Below are positions 25,134 to 37,190 of a stretch of DNA of 64,000 bases, piece after piece. The position numbers and the translations under genes were made by a program. The notes under the pieces were generated by a model, which was not told where the DNA came from, searched no databases, and was given only the letters and a program-made list of their open reading frames with translations. Each line of letters begins with the position of its first letter. Within the stretch, counting starts at the first letter, position 1. The stretch comes from Sphyrna mokarran (lineage: Eukaryota), in the NCBI GenBank assembly GCA_024679065.1, contig JAGIQG010000040.1:9052001-9116000 (forward strand). Direction: 5' to 3'.

Positions 25134-26409
25134 TGCGTTCTACGCCAGATATCGATACAGCACCTGTACTAATATGAATGCAGACTGGATCCAGTTCAGT
25201 CATTACTGAGACAGTGTATACAGTGTATTACTAACCAGCGTGGTGTTTTCTCATATAAACAGAGACATGCCATTCTCAGTTTTGACAAAAACACTGTCTA
25301 TTCTAATATATGCAGAGACAATATGCGCTGTAATTTAAACTGAATCTGGTTCCAGCGCATCAGCGCTATCAGAAAATAGAGACCATGATCTGGTGTGATA
25401 TAAACAGAGATGTGGCCCAATGAAGTAAAAAGTGTGACAATGCAGAATAAATCATTAATTGATAAAGGATAGTGAGTAAAGAAACAGAGATATGGTTTGG
25501 CGCATTAAAGAAGGAGAGACCATCCAGCGCAATAAAATTGTCACCGAGTGTAATTTTGTATGATTCTGGGCATTGTATAGTATAATATAAACTGGGACAA
25601 AGCCGATGCAGTCATTTCAAACCAAATCTTTACATTGATATAATCTTTGACAGGGGCAATTGCAGCAATAAATAAATCATAAAATAGAATAATAATTAAA
25701 TACAGGATATTATTCGGTATAAATAGGGAGGTGCACTAGTACAACATTGATTGAGATATTGTCAATGTTTCTTTATACGTGACAGGTTTCAGCAATGTAA
25801 TAACTGAGACACAGTCTTGTGTAATGCAAACAGTAACATGTCCTGGTGTATTATCAGGAGAGACAGGGTCTAGTGAAGTAACAACGGAGATATGGAGTTT
25901 CATGTCATTAGACAAGAATTAATTCCATGCTGTCATAACTACCAGAATGAATGGTGTAATGTCAAATGAGGCTTGTTGTGGTATAGTAACAACAGGGATT
26001 TTGCTGGGTACAGAATCAACTGAGAACTATTGTCATATTATCAGAAATATGAATTCGTGTCACGTTTAGAATGAAGACAGATTGAGCCTATTACACAAAT
26101 AACTGAGATGATCATCTCTATCATGTCGTGTTAAAAAAAGCACTGTTTCACTGCTATCTCCTGGACTAGATTTGCTATTGCAGGTGTTGCGAAATGCAGA
26201 TTTCAGTTGCCATTTCTTATTCTTTTGTGGGCCGTATATCCAATTGATAAGGCCAGCATATATTGACAATGGATAATACACTGAATTTACTGGCTTTCTA
26301 GATCATCATAGAAGGCACGAAATCGCCAAGCACGTGTGCGCCTGGAGTCGCCTCTAGGCTAAACTTAGAAATGATGGAAGGTTTCCATTCCTACAGGGCA
26401 CTAGAGAAT

Positions 26410-28660
26410 CTGATATATTTCTGGTCATGGCCGCAATTATGGAAACAACTTTTACTATTCAAAATTGTAATTGCATTTTAAAACCGATTGTAGTTGGATT
26501 CGAATATATATCTTGAGAAATTTCCCAACCTCGGAATTACTTTCACAGAGATATTACCACTATGCCACTGTCTCCCTTTCAACATTAATAAAGTATTTAC
26601 AGCAAAGAAGGCCATTTTGGAGCGTCATGTATGCGTTGGCTCTTTAAAGGTAAAATTCATCCAATAACACTTTGTACTCCACAGTCTAGCATTTTGCTTA
26701 TTTTCAGACAATTATCCAATCCCATTTTGACACCATTTATTGGCGCTCCCTGCACTATACTCTCAAATAGCACCTTCCAGATCTGGATCACGCACTGTCT
26801 GAAAATGATTTTCGTGATGTACCCATGCTTTTTTCACCAACTTACTTCAACCTGGGCCCTCTGCATTAAGGTCTTTCTGCCATTGAACAGTTTCTCTCTA
26901 TCTACTCTGTCAAGACCCCTCAGGATTTTGAATGTCACATTAAAGTCACATCAGCAACTTACTGTCAAGGAAACTAGTCCGAACCCCTCCAAAATATTTT
27001 CGTCACTGAAGTTTCTGGTCTCTGGGATTATCCTCTTGTCTCGCCACGCACTCGCCCCCCTCCCCATCCAGCCTATTGACTTTACATTCTGCCTTACGTC
27101 CCTGTGCCCAAAATTGGAGCGATTTTTTCGGTTGACTATTTCCGAAGTGTTATCAACAAGTATAGCACAACTTCCTTGCTTCTGTATTATTTTCCCCAAT
27201 AAACAAACAGCATTTTTTTTATTTACCGCTGTCTCAACCTGTCTTGCACCATGAATGATTTATGTGCATATTCACTCAAATCCCTTGGCGTCTGCATTCA
27301 CTTTCATATCGTTTTCATCATTTCCATTTGTCTCCTCACATTCTGCTTAACAAAGCTAATCATGCAACTTTTCTCTGCAATAAATGAAATGTCCAAATTA
27401 CTCGTGCATTCCACCAATTAGTTTTTTTTGCGCTGTGAAGTTCTGCATGATCTACTGATGGTTGTCAATATTTCCAAGTTTTAGATCATTCACAGATTTT
27501 AAAAGTCTGGCCTCCATATCAAGCCCTCGGTCATTACTATGTCATGAAGATCAAGGTCCATATAACCTATTCCTGGCAACACGACTGCAAGCTTTGTTCC
27601 AGTCCAAAAACATCTACGAATTGTTTCCTGGCACTCAGGCAATTTCCTGTCAATGTTGTTCCTATTCATTTTATTCTCTGATCTCCATAGTTACTACAAG
27701 GTTGGGGTACAGCACCGTATCACATGACTTTTGGATGTCCAGTAAGAGAAACACCCTCACAATCTTTGTCACATAGCATAAAACTCAAACAAGTTAATTG
27801 AACTTGATTTGACCTGAACAAATACGTTTTGGCTGAAGTTGTCAAGAAACATATCAGTGGGATGACTTCTGCAGTGATGAAGAGAGTCAAAATATAAATG
27901 CTAAATGTGCTGACGACATAAAGATAAATCAGAAATTTGGGCATTGGCGAGGGCATTCGGCATATTTCGAATATTGTGCTCTATCTACTCTGTCAAGACC
28001 CCTCAGGATTTTGAATGTCACATTAAAGTCACATCAGCAACTTTCTGTCAAGGAAATTAGTCCGAACCTCTCCAAAATATTTTCGTCACTGAAGTTTGTC
28101 TCCTTATCTTAAGAAAGATGTTAATGCGTTAGAATAAAATTTGAGAGCCTCATTTGACATTTGAGTATTGAACTATGATCGAGTTATCTTATGAGAAAAG
28201 GATGGCGACGTCAGGTTTGTGCTCATGAGAGTTTAGAAGAGTACAGGCAAATTGAGTGAAACCTTCAAAAACCTAAGGGGTGCTAACAGTGTGGGTGTTG
28301 AGCAGAAGTTTCCTCTTGTTCAGTGTTGTGGCTTTATTGGATGTGTCTCTGAGTGCAAATATCTTAGGTCTTGGTTCAGCGCCTATTTCCAATGCTATAC
28401 TATCCACGGGAGGGCGCTCTCTGATCACTTACCGAATGTCATACCCTCTTTTTGCAGAAAATGACTATTTGCCAATACGAAAATGGGCAGAGAAAATTAA
28501 TCCCATCATTCAAATTGCATTTTCACCGTTCTTTTGATTCAACCTTTAACTTTAATACATTTATTTAACTCCAATATCCTCATTCTGAAATAGACAACAT
28601 TAAACTGCAAGCATGACTGACAAGCAAAAGAACGCGAGTCACTGGAGCCATCACTCCTAA
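26410..28660 (-). repeat. Segmental duplication arm A (inverted copy of ~50830-55440), mostly old LINE fragments
   Basis: Long colinear reverse-complement matches, e.g. ttttcagacaattatccaatcccattttga vs tcaaaatgggattggataattgtctgaaaa. Confidence 0.88.
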
Positions 28661-28714
28661 TTTCAATCAAGAAGTAATGGCAGGTCCTCTTCGTTCATTT
28701 GCTACACGCAATCA

Positions 28715-28785
28715 TTCCCTGACTCGCATCAAACCCAGGCCGCGATGGTGAGAGGACTGATTCCAAACAGATGGACCATTAGGGA
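28715..28785 (-). tRNA. tRNA-Glu(CTC) pseudogene
   Basis: TCCCTAATGGTCC..CTCTCACC..GCGGCCTGGGTTTGATGCGAGTCAGGGAA aligns to vertebrate tRNA-Glu-CTC; D-arm and T-arm degraded. Confidence 0.7.
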
Positions 28786-30249
28786 AGATAATGATGGAAT
28801 ACTTAGCCCACCTTTCCACTTCAGAATTTTAAAAACAAAACACAAGAATGTTTGTTGGACAACAATCATATCCAGAAAGAACATGAGTGACTCCTTCAGC
28901 CAATGAAATACTTATTGTTGTTACCTGGAACAAGAAACCGACAGTGAGGTGAAATAGTCCCACAGGCTTTTCATTTGTATCTTTCAATTTTCAAAACCAA
29001 GCAATCTCGTCATTGTTGATGCTATGAACTTACGAAGTAACACAAAATAGATATTCGTGTCTTGAAACTATCTGCTTTCCACCTCAGCATTTTGTAGATT
29101 TAAAAGCACCATTCTTTAAAAGTTTAAGCAATTCATTCTACTGATCACTACCGACTTGCTGTGTATTTTACATGGTGATAAAACCTGTACTTGTAATGTA
29201 AACAGCAGATAGTAGACATTCTCTGTTGATTTGGCAGCATTGTGGACACATAAAGTTCTAAATACTTCCATTCTTTCGCTTTCCTGAATTATAGTGATTA
29301 TTGTGTTTGCAGAATGGCAAAATATTTTCAAAGCACTTGACTCATTTCAGCTTGTTTTTGTTAAATGTTAAGGCATTGCATAACCTCACAATGTAGGCCT
29401 TTTACAGGCCGCCATGTCTTGAATGATATTATATAACTGAAGTTATAGATAAATTGACAAAAATTGGGCAAATGTTATTTTCTGAATCTTATGCTCGATC
29501 AATGAATATTCCACATGGCTAAGGTTTTCAGCCGAATTGGAATTCGATTAAACAAGGTTCTAAATTGCAATTAGACGGCACAGTTTGATCTGAGCAGAAT
29601 TTCTATAATTTGAGGGTTAACGTGTAGGATAGGCTCCTTGATTCGGAATGGGGTCGTACATGATCGAAATCTACTGCTTGAAAGTTCCTACATTGTAATT
29701 CGTGGTAAATTGTGAACTGAATATGGATCCAACAAAGTATTAATTTGTTCTTCACCAATTATTAGGAAAAATGCGCTCAGTAAAATTGCTACTGTCCTGT
29801 TTCTTCTTTCATTGTCTCACTCAGGGCGCAGTTGATGTAGGTTAGATGCATTAGCCATGGTAAATGTGTGAAGGGTAAGTGGCTTAGGATGGCGAAAAGT
29901 GTGTTCAGTGCAGATTAAAATCACCTCCATCTTGACTGAACGATTCTATGATATTCCCAATGATATTAAGATAGGTGTGGCTCGGACTGAGAAAACTGAT
30001 CCACCTTGGCCCAAAGACAAGACATTACAGGTACTATAAATGTCATTTCACAACTGAAAGTTTCGTAAAACTGAGGGACATGGAGTGTGCTTCAGGTCGC
30101 AGGTCTTTATCAGGAAAAATCCAGTCATTTAGTACTTTTATAGCAGTGCAGAGTCAGGTAAAAGATAAAGAAGAGGAATAAACAACAAATGGTCTTATGA
30201 TAGAAGGGAAGGCTGGAATTATTATTTGCTAAAGGGAATGATGCTAATA

Positions 30250-32092
30250 GACAATACGAAATCTCACTGGTTAAAGTCCAACAATTTATTTGGAATCACA
30301 AATATTTGGAGCAAGGCGCCTTCCTCAGATGAATGGAGAGCTGACATTACAAACACAGAGACGCAATTGCAAGAAAGTAGTTGGAATTTAAGTCTTTACA
30401 GGTAATTAAGTGTTTACAGATACAGTGTAGTGGGGGAGAATCACAGGTGAAAGTAATATGAATTGTCTCAAGACAAGATAATTAGCGGGATTTTGCAAGT
30501 CCAGGCCAAATTTTGGGGATGACATACAGTATAGTATCAACTCAAGATTCCTTTTTCAGGCCATTCTCATGCAGGACTCGGTTATCAGTTCCTGCTCGGC
30601 GATTATGCATGTCGTGTGTCTTGAAGGCCACTTTGTAGAACGCTGACCCAAAGATCGGAGGCTGAGTGCTCTTGACTGCTAACGTTTTCTCCGACCGGAA
30701 TTGCATCCTCAGAAGTCAAACACGGGACATAACCGACAGATTATCCGTCGTTGTCTGGTACTTCCGTGGAGCAGAATAAAATAAAAAAAAACATGAGATC
30801 TTCTTCGGAGCCTTCAACATGCCATTGATGCCTCCCCACTACTTGCTTTCAGACAACAGCGCAATCTCAAACAGACGGTCGTTTGCAGCAAACTATCCAG
30901 CCTTAAAGAGAACAACTACGTCGTTTCCACACAACGCTGCCACATCAACCTCTGCAGGATGTTCCGGATCATCGACATGGATACCACCACAACAAGTGAG
31001 GATACTACCCACCAGGTACACGATATATACTCGTGTGACTCGGCCAACGTTCCCTATCTCATACACAATAAGAAGTCTCACAACACCAGATTCAAATTCA
31101 AAAGGTTTATTTGGGAGCAAAAACCACATTTGTGCTGCCAAATAAACTTATTGGGCTTTATCCTTATGTTAAAAGACTTCTTACTGTGCTTACCCCATTG
31201 CAACGTCGGCATCTCATATCATATCCCACACACTGCAGAAAAGAATGTCATGAGGTGTGGTACATTGGTGGAACCATGCAGACGCTACGACAACGTATGA
31301 ATGACAATCACCAGGCAGAAGTGTTCCCTTCCGGGGGTACAGGTCAGGAGTCAAGGGCATTCATCTCAAAGAGGAGAGGATCTTCAAGAATATCATCCAC
31401 ATCGACACAAGCAACAAGTTCCTACGATGCAAGAAAGCAGACAAGTTCCCGGTAGGACTATTGTTCACGAACCCACTCAACTCGAACTTCAACACAGATT
31501 ACGTGTTGAATCTGTAATTCAACACAGAAGTTGAATTACAGAATTTCAACACAGAAGTTGCATTACAAAGTTGCACCTCTCTCACAATGCTCAAGCACCT
31601 TGTGCACCATCTCTACAGCTGACAACACAACCTGAAAACTATGATACAGTCCATATTCTGAATTTGCACTTGGAATACAGCAGGCCAGGAACGAGACATC
31701 ACCAAGCAGATATAACAAGCGGACTACACCATGAACAACAAGAACAGGTAACTTGAGAAACTCGATATCCTCAACAGCACCAACAAAGCCTCCCCCAGTA
31801 CCACAGCAGAAATCAGTAACTCTGTAGGGAAGTCCATTGTTAACTTGTCGGACTACATCATTCAACCAATCGAAATCAAGGATGTCAGTCAAGGGCTCAA
31901 TTTCTGTACCATCACCAAAATGGATCCCATTGATGTTGTGGCAGACATAAATGGAAGCACCAGATGAATGACACTCTGGCATATTTTCAACAAATCCCAT
32001 GCTGCCAACAGCCAACCCACTGGGACAACAAAATTAATTCAGCTGATGAAGGAGAAGCACTTGACTCCAAGTAAAACTGTTGGACTTTAAAT
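30250..32092. mobile_element. Rearranged Penelope-like element fragments (GIY-YIG endonuclease and N-terminal region)
   Basis: YSCDSANVPYLIH/CRKECHEVWYIGGTMQTLRQRMN is a GIY-YIG; IVNLSDY..SQGLNFC..KMDPI at ~31835-31950; inverted 3' end at 30250-30700. Confidence 0.85.
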
Positions 32093-32109
32093 TTGTTTTG
32101 CAATCAAGT

Positions 32110-32366
32110 ACCGAATGGCTGATTCCATCGTTTAGCAATCCCACATCTGATTGGCTGAGGTGGTCGTTTAGCCATCTAGTCCCTGACAGGCCGAGGCAGT
32201 CATTTAGCGATCTACTCTTTGATTTGCTGAGGTTATCATTTAGTGATCCCCGCTCTGATTGGCAGTCGTTAGAAATTTTGTCTTTGATTGCCTGAGATGG
32301 TCAGTTATTGACCCAGTCTCTTATTGGCTGGGGAAGTCAGCTAATCATTCCAGGCTTATTGGTTGT
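32110..32366 (+). repeat. 36-bp minisatellite, 8 units, CCAAT-box containing
   Basis: Unit starts 32110, 32146, 32182, 32218, 32254, 32283, 32319, 32354; consensus tctgattggctgaggnngtcrtttagcgatcyngtc. Confidence 0.85.
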
Positions 32367-32368
32367 CA

Positions 32369-33012
32369 CTACATTTTCTTTATTAATTTATTCCTTAAAT
32401 TAATAACTGATGTCACCGGATATTTCACCACGATGCTGATCTGCTCCCTGAATTTGAATTGAGTAACCACGTAAATGAATGTATTTGTGCAGCAATTTAA
32501 ATCCCGCAGCATAAATCCGACTGTTTGAAATGTATATTCAGGAATAGTGAGGTAAAATAATCCTCTCACATCTGCATAGAAAAATTTTACAACATAAACC
32601 GACCAGAGCAGAATGAAAGCTCCGGATATGCTGAAGAGTAAAATCATTGACTTCCTTCTGCTCTCCATTTCGGGATCCCTGCGATTATCTCCCTTATTCT
32701 GAGCCTTCATTCCTCTCCTCACTCGACTAGTCACTAAAATGTGACTGATTGTTAGGGCATTAATCAACAGGATTAAACTGAACAGGAGCAGTGGGGTTAA
32801 AACCTGATTAAACCAGTTAAAGCCAATCCATCCAGGATCAGTCCAAACGCTTGACTTGGCATTACAGCCCCACTTGGCATTGTCAATTATCAGTTGAGGT
32901 TCATATATAAAGTAGAAGGGAATGTTTTTCACAAAGAGCAGGATGCCAGTTGTTGCCAGAACCACAGCTGCAGTTTTCCCAGTGCAATATTTAGTTTTCA
33001 TTTTTTGGCAGG
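32369..33012 (-). pseudogene. GPR139-like GPCR, 5'-truncated (TM4-TM7 only)
   Basis: CQKMKTKYCTGKTAA..INALTISHILV..DPEMESRRKS..CCTNTFIY; homology stops just after where DRF should be; no TM1-3 found upstream. Confidence 0.8.
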
Positions 33013-33589
33013 TGATATTCTCACTCCCGTACTGAATCTTGGACTCCAGATTTTCCTCCCAGTGCCACGGAGGCACCAAACCCCAGGCTGTACATCTGGC
33101 TCCTTAGAGATAATCGAGCCCCCCTCTCCCACTGTGCAGAGCTTCATCATTACATGGCATCTCACAAATAAGATGAGCAAGAGTTTTTAATTATCTCGCC
33201 ATTAGCTTAACCTAAAATCAGGTTATTGAGCTCATGTTATTTCACAGATGGGACATTCAGACACATTTAAGATCGTCCGGTTAGTCAGGGAAAGAGAGAG
33301 TATTGGGGAGAAGGTGGGAAAATGGAGTTGAGGATAATAAGTAATCAGCCATGATTTCATTGAACGGTGAAGCAGAGCCGATGGGTTGAATGGTCCACTT
33401 CAGCTGCTTCGCCTTATGCTCTTCTGGCTCGTTAATCACACTTTTGTTCATATCTGTAACTTTGTTCTTTTGTCATGCGCATTGCTATTAATATTGAATA
33501 AATTTGCAATCTTTACTGAAGGATGCCTTTTGTCTCTTTGTTAACGCGGTGGCAAGACATGTGTTTGGTTTGGTCAACAGACCACAATT

Positions 33590-34640
33590 CACGTCACGCA
33601 GCACAAATGGAAGCCATTCGGTCCATAATACTGGCTCCTTATGGCAGATCCCGCTAACTGAAGCCAATTTATTTTTTGAAGTGAAATAATTGAAAATCCA
33701 CAGGTTTGAACTGTGGTCTCAGGACGGAGGTTCATTCGTTCAATAGCCATTCCAGTACAAACAACAAAGGAAAAAAGAAAATTACTGCGCAGGAATAGGA
33801 ATTTTGGCCCTCCAATCCTGCACCAATATTGCCCAACTGAACTAAAGCCCATTACTCTTCCGGGGACCACATCCCTTTATTTCCATCCTATGCATGTATT
33901 GTTAAGGCACCCTTTAAAACTCACTCCTGTATCCACTTCCACCTTTTGTGTAAAAAAAAAACTTGCCTCATACAAAACTGCTGCTCACACTTTGAACCTA
34001 TGCTCTCTAGTAATTGACTCTTCCAACCTGGGAAAAACCATATGACTATCCTTTCTGTCCATGCCTCTCATAATTTTGTAGCCACTTATCAGGTCACCCC
34101 CTTAACCTCTGTTGTTCCAGTGAGATCAACCCAAATTTCTCCAACCTTTCCTCATTGCGAATGCCCTGCACACCAGGTAACATCATGGTAAATATTTTGT
34201 GGACCCTTTCCAAAGTGTCCACATCTTGCTGGTAACGTGGCGACCAGAATTGAACACTATATTCTAAGTGCAGCCCAACTAAGGTTCTATAAAGCTGCAA
34301 CATGACTTGCCAATTTTTAAACTCATTGCCCCGGCCGATGAAAGCAAGCATGCCGTATGCTTCCTTGACTACCTTCTCCATTTGCGTTGCCTGTACACCC
34401 AGATCCCGCTGCCTATCAATATTCTTATGGATTCTGCCATTTACTGTATATTCCCTATCTGTTTTAGACTTTCCAAAATGTATCATCTCACATTTGTCCA
34501 GATTAAGTTCCATCTGCTATCCCTTTGATCAAACCTCCAAAGGATCCAAATCCTGCTGCATCGTCTGATCCACAAATCTACGAACCTTTGTGCCATTTTC
34601 AAACTTACTAATCAATTCACTTCCATTTTCTGTATATATA
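33590..34640 (-). mobile_element. Degenerate CR1 LINE
   Basis: ORF 34094-34513 ELNLDKCEMIHFG..QRDLGV..LYRTLV..LEYSVQFWSP. Confidence 0.85.
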
Positions 34641-35377
34641 TTACAAACAGCAATGGTGCCAGCAGTGATACCTGAGGAAAGCCCTCCACTCAGGAATGTT
34701 TGGTTTTGGTGGTCTTATTATTATACTGCCATTTCTACACACTCCATCACCCCCAGCTCCTCCCCTCCCCCACCCGCCTTAAAATATAACCACAAAAAAC
34801 AATATGAATTAAGGTAATGGGAGAGGGGAAATTTCCTAATGGGGATGAGGGATTTGAGGAGCTAACCCCACCAGGCTGGGAAAGCGAGAAAAATCCCAAA
34901 ATGTTCCCAATACCCAAAGGGAAACGTTGCTCCTATGCCCGGTTTAATTACATCTACTGCTGTGGTAATTCGAGCCATAAATGTTGGCCAGGCCAGCGAC
35001 TCCTACACACAATGTATTTGTTATTTCACTCATTGGTAAGTGCATTGCGGGCAGGGCCAGAATGTATTTCCCATCCCGAATCCCCATTGAACCGTGTGGC
35101 TTGCATTGACCGTGGCGTTGTACTTGAAGTCTCATGTAGTGAACCAGATGGGTTTTAACAACAATTAACTCATGGTTCGATTGCTGAATCCCGATTGCTT
35201 TTATTCAATACAATTTTTTTTAACTTCCATGGCTGGAATTCAATCCTCATGTATGCCCAGAGCTCTGGCTTTCTGGATTACTCACCATGCCATTATAAGA
35301 TGCTGTTATAACACTCTTGAAGAGGGAGGGAGGAACAATTTATCATAATGGGTTTTGTGTCCGTGTTGAAATAGAAC

Positions 35378-35682
35378 CGTAGAAACAACACATTGCAGAA
35401 AACGGCCATTCGGTCCATCGAGTCTGCACCAACTCTCTGAAAGAGAAATCAATCCAGACCCTCCCCTCTGCCCACGGTCAATCCTGCATATCTGTGGGAC
35501 ACAAAGGTGCATTTTAGCATGGCCAATTCACCCAACCTGTACATCCTTGGACTGAGGTAGGAGACAAGAGCATCCGGATAAAATCGATGCAGATACGGGG
35601 AGAATGTGCAAATTTAACACGGGCAGCTCCCCAAAGCTGGATTCGAACCAGTGTCTCTGGCACTGCAGAGTTCACCGCTGTG
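35378..35682 (-). mobile_element. V-domain SINE
   Basis: ggccattcggtccatcgagtctgcacc..ggggagaatgtgcaaa..ggattcgaacc (B box). Confidence 0.75.
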
Positions 35683-36974
35683 CTCAGAACTCTGGATGAC
35701 TTGCCCAGAGACCGTTACCCCGAGCATCAAACTTTAGTGTGACTGCTCAACCTGTATTTGGTATTTTAAGAGGAATAATCCAGCTCTCTTACAGGAATGA
35801 CACAAATTTCATTCTCAGTCTCGAAGTTCATGTTCTGAAAATCCTACCAGTGTTTATTTTTTTTCTGTTTCTTGGCAGCGGGAGGGTTAACCGACTTTGG
35901 GTTGCTTATTTTGATAGAAACTGTTGAGATGTAATGATACATGCGTTCTCTGCTGATTGGGGGATCCAGGGTCTGGTTGACAAGGCGACCAACGGCAGAA
36001 AGAAGTCCGCCGAGTGTGCCGTTTCACTCAACAGCTCGCTGAGCCTCTCAGTTTGTTCAAAGAGCAGAACTTGTGGTTTAATCACCCGGGACTGGAAACT
36101 CCAGCAGCGAGATGGCAGTTAGGCAGAGTGGGCTGAGTGGTGAGAGGCCAGATGTTGCCAACTGTCGACAAGCCTGAATCTTTCCAGAGACTTTCCCAGC
36201 GACTGAAGCTGCAGGAGATTTCTGCAGAAGACAGTTCGAAAGGCTCACAGGCATCTGAAAGAAGAAACAATTCTTTACTTTGCCCTCTTTCCAATCTGTC
36301 CCGCGAAAGTTAAACATTCCATCAGCTTCCACTCTAACGCCGCTGCTCCCCTCACCCCTCGGGCACCCCCCTCCCCTCCTGCCCCTACTCCTTCAAAGGA
36401 TCATATATGTTTCAAAAAATCATCAATCAATCTTCTGCACTCCAATGGACTCTGTTCAATCTTTTCTGCTATCACCCCGTCCAAAGCCCCCAATCAGGTC
36501 AAGAGCCTTAAGAAAGAAAATATACAGTCTTTACACAGTTTGGCCTTCATGTGACTCCAGATGGCATTTTTATTCATTCATGGAGCATGGGCGTTCATTG
36601 CTCATCTCCAGTTGCCCTTGGAGGGCAGTTTACAGTCAACCACATTGATGTGGCTCCAGACTCACGTGTTGGCCAAACCAGGGAAGCACAGCAGGTTCCC
36701 TTCTCTAAAGAACATAGTGACCAAGATGTTTTTTTCCTGACAATTGACAATGATTTCACTCTCATCAGCAGATTCAAAACTTCAGTTTTTTTTTATTGAA
36801 TTGAGTTTCAGGCTGCAGAATATTGGCTGAGTTTTTGGATTGACACTCAAATGATAATATCACTACGCCATTTCCACCCCCCCCCGCCGACCCAGGTTGA
36901 CTGTGAACTATGATCTGAGACGGCCATTAGCAAACTAAACTATTCAAATGCAATTAGCAAGAGCAACACAAAAT

Positions 36975-37190
36975 CGAAAAATGCTGGAAAAGCTCTGCAG
37001 CTCTGACATCATGTGTGAAGAGGGAATAATATTACCTTTTTGAGTCTGTATGGCCCTGATGAATCACCATCGAGACTCTAAACTTTGGTTATATTCTCTC
37101 TCCGCAGATACTGACAGACTCACTGAGATGTTCCAGAATGTTCTGGTTTTGTTTTGGATGAACGAATCCGCAGTAATTTGCGTTTCAGAC
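36975..37190. mobile_element. Palindromic Penelope-like short element
   Basis: aaaatgctggaaa..tctgacatcatgtgtgaagag inverted against tctccgcagatactgacaga..ttccagaatgtt, with a central ctgatga. Confidence 0.55.

Noticed and set aside
32110-32366. CRISPR-like 36-bp repeats
   Set aside because: Units are contiguous with no unique spacers; eukaryotic context, no cas genes.
33013-33079. N-terminus of ORF 32369-33079 as GPCR sequence
   Set aside because: Non-homologous read-through beyond the truncation point.
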